A DNA stretch of 64,000 nt from positions 16,302-80,301 of the forward strand of contig MHHX01000019.1 in assembly GCA_001817215.1 (NCBI GenBank). The letters are read 5' to 3'. Below are positions 59,666 to 64,000 of the stretch, in pieces. Under the pieces are notes generated by a model. That model had not been told where the DNA came from. It saw only the letters and a list, made by a program, of their open reading frames with translations, and searched no databases. The translations under genes were made by a program, and so were the position numbers. This DNA comes from Candidatus Brennerbacteria bacterium RIFOXYC1_FULL_41_11 (GTDB lineage: Bacteria > Patescibacteriota > Minisyncoccia > UBA6257 > Brennerbacteraceae). Each line of letters starts with the position of its first letter. The first letter of the stretch is position 1.

Positions 59666-60358
59666 ATGCCTAAGATTATTTCTTTTGAGAACGTTTCCAA
59701 GATTTATCCAAATCGTTCGATTGCTCTTGATAGCGTCAGTTTTGATATTGAAAAAGGCGAGTTTATCTCTTTGGCGGGGAAGTCTGGCGCGGGCAAGTCA
59801 ACAATCTTAAAACTTCTTATTGCAGAAGAAAAACCGACAAAAGGCAGGGTAGTTTTTAGTGGTATTGAGCTGAATAAAATTTCGACCCGGGAAATGCCAA
59901 TCTTACGTAGGCGAATCGGCATGGTTTTTCAAGATTATAAGCTTTTAACCGGTAAAACCGCTCATGAAAATGTCGCCTATGCCATGGAGGTTGCCGGCAT
60001 GCCTGATAGTGATATTAAGAGAGATGTGGCCCAGGTACTGGAGCTGGTGGGGTTGTCCGATAGGAGAAATAACTTCCCAACGGCCTTGTCTGGTGGAGAA
60101 AAACAAAGAGTGGCAATCGCCAGGGCTTTGGTACAAAGACCGGAAGTGATGGTGGCAGACGAGCCGACCGGCAACCTTGATCCGATTAATACCTGGGAGA
60201 TTATTAAGCTCTTAATGAAGATAAATGAGCTTGGGACGACAGTGATTCTGGCAACACATGATAAAGAAATTGTTGATACTCTTGAGCGTCGGGTGATTAT
60301 CTTGGACAAAGGAAGAGTCATTAAGGATGAAGAAAAGGGGAAGTACATCATCACTTAA
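59666..60358 (+). CDS. ftsE: Cell-division ABC ATPase FtsE
   Basis: Walker A GKSGAGKST, signature LSGGEKQR, Walker B MVADEPTGNLD; followed by ftsX. Confidence 0.9.
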   Translation: MPKIISFENVSKIYPNRSIALDSVSFDIEKGEFISLAGKSGAGKSTILKLLIAEEKPTKGRVVFSGIELNKISTREMPILRRRIGMVFQDYKLLTGKTAHENVAYAMEVAGMPDSDIKRDVAQVLELVGLSDRRNNFPTALSGGEKQRVAIARALVQRPEVMVADEPTGNLDPINTWEIIKLLMKINELGTTVILATHDKEIVDTLERRVIILDKGRVIKDEEKGKYIIT

Positions 60359-60503
60359 GTCAAAACTCAAAATGCAAAAGCTTGATCAATTTCATAAACT
60401 CGACACTTTTTAATCAAAATTTTGTCCGTTCGACTTTGCTCAGGGCATCTTGAGTAGAACCGAAAGATGAAATTTTACATTTGAATTTAAAATTAAAATA
60501 GAT

Positions 60504-61421
60504 ATGATTTTAGTCGCTTTCAGAAGAATTTTTAAAGCCGGGTGGCAGAACTTTTCGAGAAATTTATGGCTTTCGGTCGCCACGGTTGGTATTATGATGG
60601 TGGCGTTGTTTGTTTTTTCCAGTTTGGTTTTGTTTAATTTCTTCACTAGTGAGATAATCGAGATTATCAGAAACAAGATTGATCTTTCGGTTTATTTTGA
60701 TGCCAACATTGATGAATCCGAAATTTTTAGGGTAAAAGATATTCTTGCGCAGTTGCCTGACGTGGAACGCGTTGAGTATCTTTCACGTGAAGAAGCTTTG
60801 AAAACTTTCAATGAAAGACATTCCAATAATGATGTTGTGAGGCGGGCGTTAGAGGAGCTTGGCATCAATCCATTACAGGCATCTTTGAATATTAAGGTTG
60901 ATCAGGGTGGATCATATGAAACCGTGGTTGCTTTTATTGAAGGCGCGCCTTTCAAGGCTTTGATTAGCAAGGTTAATTTCACGGAAAATAAACTGATCAT
61001 TGAACGTTTGAATAATATTGTCTCGGCGATACAGAGATTTGGTTGGGGCGTGATTTTCGTATTTGCCGGACTGGCTGTTTTGGTGGCTTTCAATTCCGTG
61101 AGGATGGCAATTTATTCTTTTAAGGAAGAGATTAATGTCATGCGTTTGGTCGGAGCTTCGCGCTGGTTTATCCGTGGTCCGTTCATGGTCATGGGGTTGG
61201 TGGTGAGTTTGATTGCTTCAGCAATCGTGTTTTTGATCATTTGGTTGGCCGTGCTCGGGTTTGGACCGAGAATTAACGCTTTTGTACCCGAGATAAGCTT
61301 TAACGAGTTTTTCTCGGAGAATTTTTTCAGAATTTTGTTTTTACAAACTTTAGCCGGTATCGGTATTATGTTTTTTTCTGTTTATCTGGCGTTTAATAAA
61401 TACCTGAAAGAGGAGAATTGA
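60504..61421 (+). CDS. ftsX: Cell-division permease FtsX
   Basis: Four TM helices with a large first periplasmic loop; 305 aa; downstream of ftsE. Confidence 0.85.
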   Translation: MILVAFRRIFKAGWQNFSRNLWLSVATVGIMMVALFVFSSLVLFNFFTSEIIEIIRNKIDLSVYFDANIDESEIFRVKDILAQLPDVERVEYLSREEALKTFNERHSNNDVVRRALEELGINPLQASLNIKVDQGGSYETVVAFIEGAPFKALISKVNFTENKLIIERLNNIVSAIQRFGWGVIFVFAGLAVLVAFNSVRMAIYSFKEEINVMRLVGASRWFIRGPFMVMGLVVSLIASAIVFLIIWLAVLGFGPRINAFVPEISFNEFFSENFFRILFLQTLAGIGIMFFSVYLAFNKYLKEEN

Positions 61422-61427
61422 TGGCCA

Positions 61428-61457
61428 ATCAAAAGCATCCCGCGAGCGGGATGCTTT
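61428..61457. terminator. Bidirectional intrinsic terminator with the core TCCCGCGAGCGGGA (the same core as the groEL terminator)
   Basis: CAAAAGCATCCCGC-gag-GCGGGATGCTTTTG; sits between the convergent ftsX and cupin genes. Confidence 0.8.
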
Positions 61458-61483
61458 TGATACACTAAGGGCATTATAGAGAT

Positions 61484-61855
61484 CTATTGCTCCGCGTCAA
61501 TTGCCTGAGATTTTGTTTGATGAACCGTGCCTCGTGCGTGTTCCGGAGGAGAGTAAACCGAAACAAGCTTCATTTTTTCCGATGAGGTGTTGACAACATT
61601 GTGTTTCGAACCCCTTCTGATAAATAAAACATCATTTTCTTGTATCTGAATCTCCGAACCGTCAATAATCGCTTTGCCTGACCCTTCGACAAAAAATAAA
61701 ATTTGATCGATGCCAGAATGAATTTCTTCACCGATATCTTCGTGTGGATTTAGTGACATTAAAACCAGTTGCGACTCGGATCCTGTGAAAAGTTCCCTTC
61801 TGAAATAAGAGTTTTCCTTGGCGCGGGAGATGATATTTTCTTTAAAATACGACAT
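61484..61855 (-). CDS. Cupin-domain protein
   Basis: 123 aa; G(x)5H..E...G and LVSVYSPPEH cupin-type motifs. Confidence 0.55.
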   Translation of the reverse strand: MSYFKENIISRAKENSYFRRELFTGSESQLVLMSLNPHEDIGEEIHSGIDQILFFVEGSGKAIIDGSEIQIQENDVLFIRRGSKHNVVNTSSEKMKLVSVYSPPEHARGTVHQTKSQAIDAEQ

Positions 61856-61990
61856 TGTTTTAATTTAATTAAGCTGGCCGTTTCGAGCTAGAACCGTAGA
61901 TGGTCAAGCCCAGACAAGCTTTTTTAATTACTTTTATTCTACCATTTTGACGCTCCTCGGAATTAGATTACAAACGATAAAAGTCTGTAC

Positions 61991-62833
61991 TTATTTTAGA
62001 GACTCTTCTGAATAAATTTTCCTAATCTGATTTGTGATCACAGCATATTTCGGATCACTCCTAAGCCTAGCAAGTTGTTCTTCGATTTTAGAGATATACT
62101 CTTGCTCTAAAATATGACCCTCAACTTCTCCTTTTAACTTTTCCAGACTGTTTAAGATACTCCACCTATTCTCATCGATATCTTCTTTCAGTAATTCAAT
62201 TGAGTAGATAATTGCACCCATTTTGTTTTCCTTACTGAATTTATATACTTTTAACTCTTTTATATCTCGTTGAGCATCTTTTACGTTAGATTTCATACCA
62301 GAGATTACTTGCTCTTGTTGAAGAATTTTTTTATCAGATTCTATTTTTGAATTACCAATGATTAAGTTTAGGTTTTTTTCAAGAACTGAAAGGCGATTTG
62401 TGACTTCAGATAGTATAATTTCTTTAAGTTTAGTGTCCTTATCTTCTGACACTAAGTCAATTTTCTCCAATAAAGAATTTTCTACCCCTTGAATCTTATT
62501 TGTCACCCCTAAGTCGACGATCTCTTTCTGTTGCCTTAGAGTTAAAGTCAAAGAAGAAGATTGATTAGTTTTAAATTCCTCTAGTGTTTTTTGAGTTTGT
62601 GCATCTGACTCAGACAACAAATCATGAGCTTCTTTTTTTAGGTCACTGATTGTATTTTCTTGTTTATCAAGAGCATCCTTTAGAGGCTTAATATTAAAGT
62701 AAACGAAAACACCTCCAAGGACTCCGAGAATTGCAACTGAAATACCCAGATAACCCATGTTTAACTGGGCAATGTCTTTAGAGAAATTTATTAAATCAAT
62801 AGCGTTGATTGTGCTAGTAGATACTATTTCCAT
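61991..62833 (-). CDS. N-terminally anchored coiled-coil protein, hypothetical
   Basis: TM helix LGISVAILGVLGGVFVYF, then 250 aa of K/E/L-rich heptad repeats. Confidence 0.45.
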   Translation of the reverse strand: MEIVSTSTINAIDLINFSKDIAQLNMGYLGISVAILGVLGGVFVYFNIKPLKDALDKQENTISDLKKEAHDLLSESDAQTQKTLEEFKTNQSSSLTLTLRQQKEIVDLGVTNKIQGVENSLLEKIDLVSEDKDTKLKEIILSEVTNRLSVLEKNLNLIIGNSKIESDKKILQQEQVISGMKSNVKDAQRDIKELKVYKFSKENKMGAIIYSIELLKEDIDENRWSILNSLEKLKGEVEGHILEQEYISKIEEQLARLRSDPKYAVITNQIRKIYSEESLK

Positions 62834-62887
62834 ATCGTTCTTCGTTTAAAATTTCGAAATCTCTCGGACTCCGAACCCATCTCAAAC

Positions 62888-62961
62888 TGGCTGGGAGGCA
62901 GGGAGTCGAACCCCAATTTTCAGGGCCAGAACCTGACGTCCTACCATTAGACGACCTCCCA
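62888..62961 (-). tRNA. tRNA-Gln (anticodon CTG) with an encoded 3-prime CCA
   Basis: Reverse complement: acceptor TGGGAGG/CCTCCCA, anticodon stem TCAGG/CCTGA with loop UUCUGGC, T arm TGGGG-TTCGACT-CCCTG, then G + CCA. Confidence 0.8.
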
Positions 62962-63059
62962 ATGAACAAAGTCATTCTAACTGATTTTAAATGAAAATTG
63001 AAGCTTTGCAGTTAATTTAATGAAGGAATATAATAAATGCAGAAATTAATTTTTTTTGA

Positions 63060-63578
63060 ATGGGAATTATGAAAGATATCTTTTTAAAGTTTTCAAACTC
63101 AGAAAATATTTCTACGATGTTTTTTCGTTATGTTTTAGTTTTAATCGGGTTTTACATCCCTCTCTTTCCGTTTACTTCCTTATTGGCAATGATTTTTAAG
63201 CCAGATGCCGGAGATTTTTTATCTCTTATTATATACGGTGCGATATATTCGATTTTATTGATTGTTCCATTTTATCTTGTTTGCAAGAACTTTATTTTTT
63301 TGAACAGACAGAAACCAGACTTCTCTCTCTTCTCAAGATTCTTAGTGGTTTCGGCAATATCGTCGCCATTATCTAGCCTCTTCTTCTTCCTCTCTAATTG
63401 GACTTGCTATGTATTTGGCGGCAATGATTTGAATAAAGTTGTTGATTGTCAGAACGTGGTGTCGCCACTAATCAATATTTTTATTTATAGCGTTATTGTT
63501 TTTTTGATTTTATGGCGATTTGTGTTTCGTGGGAAAAGTAAACATGAAATTTCAACGGGATCTTCTACTTTAAATTAG
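63060..63578 (+). CDS. Hypothetical membrane protein
   Basis: 172 aa, about 4 TM helices. Confidence 0.4.
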   Translation: MGIMKDIFLKFSNSENISTMFFRYVLVLIGFYIPLFPFTSLLAMIFKPDAGDFLSLIIYGAIYSILLIVPFYLVCKNFIFLNRQKPDFSLFSRFLVVSAISSPLSSLFFFLSNWTCYVFGGNDLNKVVDCQNVVSPLINIFIYSVIVFLILWRFVFRGKSKHEISTGSSTLN

Positions 63579-63590
63579 AAGGTGATAATC

Positions 63591-64000
63591 ATGAGACAGT
63601 ACGTTGGTGTTGTTTTGGTAAAATCTGACGCTTCTGTGTTGGTTCAACATCGGGATGATAACCCCGAGATTTTAGGTAGTAATACTTGGTGCGTTGTCGG
63701 CGGGAAACGAGAAGAAGGCGAAAGTCTGGAAAAAGCTGCGGCGCGAGAATTAAAAGAAGAAACCGGGTATATTGTTGATGACGAGAACCTTAATTTTTTA
63801 ATTCAGGATGAATATGTAACAGAAAAGGGCGTCTCGGTCCAAAGGATTATTTTTTGGAATAAATATGACGAGAAACAGGAAATTAAATGTTATGAGGGCC
63901 AAGAAATCAAATTTGTGTTTCCTGAGGAACTGGAAATACTGAATCTTTATACTGGACACAAAGATTTTCTGAAAAAAGCTTCTGAAAAAATGCGTAGATG
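63591..64000 (+). CDS. NUDIX hydrolase; C-terminus lies beyond the window
   Basis: NUDIX box GGKREEGESLEKAAARELKEETG; ATG at 63591; open to the window end. Confidence 0.75.
   Translation, partial: MRQYVGVVLVKSDASVLVQHRDDNPEILGSNTWCVVGGKREEGESLEKAAARELKEETGYIVDDENLNFLIQDEYVTEKGVSVQRIIFWNKYDEKQEIKCYEGQEIKFVFPEELEILNLYTGHKDFLKKASEKMRR

Overview
This 64 kb window is low-GC (by eye roughly 38-40%), densely coding chromosomal DNA read by eye. It carries the standard bacterial core. The str/S10/spc ribosomal cluster runs rpsL-rpsG-fusA-tuf-rpsJ-rplC...rplO-secY-adk-map. There is no L30 gene, and the cluster stops after map with no infA-rpmJ-rpsM-rpsK-rpsD-rpoA-rplQ block. Other recognisable genes are rpsB-tsf, rplU, rpmB, rpmG, hrcA-grpE-dnaK plus a J-domain protein, groES-groEL, uvrA, recR, dnaB, cysS, rmuC, prfB-ftsE-ftsX, tpiA, pgk, an RNase H and a NUDIX hydrolase (truncated at the window end). 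I called eight tRNAs: Pro-GGG, Tyr-GTA, Glu-CTC, His-GTG, Thr-GGT, Trp-CCA and Gln-CTG, plus one degenerate tRNA-Glu-like fragment. The compact gene set, the missing L30, extended ribosomal proteins (L22, L2) and the many small membrane proteins suggest a reduced-genome lineage such as Candidate Phyla Radiation/Patescibacteria. That is inference only, and the genetic code looks standard (RF2 present, TGA used as stop). The most unusual part is the 5-prime accessory block at 170-8400: a secreted protein with a textbook type-I dockerin module, two tandem membrane-anchored cohesin-like proteins, an MFS-type transporter, and a receiver-only response regulator with a PAS histidine kinase. I read this as a candidate non-cellulosomal cohesin-dockerin surface-assembly or adhesion system with its own two-component regulation. 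Other things worth a second look are listed in the findings. They include a 19-nt direct repeat of the tRNA-His 3-prime end 146 bp downstream, next to a GC-rich structured stretch and an unrecognisable 306-aa protein, which looks like a possible integration scar. There are also several promoter-to-terminator structured non-coding stretches, a CIRCE-like palindrome downstream of dnaK rather than upstream of hrcA, a recurring GC-rich mini-hairpin (one copy inside rplU), repeated intergenic elements, and a family of terminators with an identical core. All calls come from reading ORF translations and sequence motifs by eye. No searches were run.
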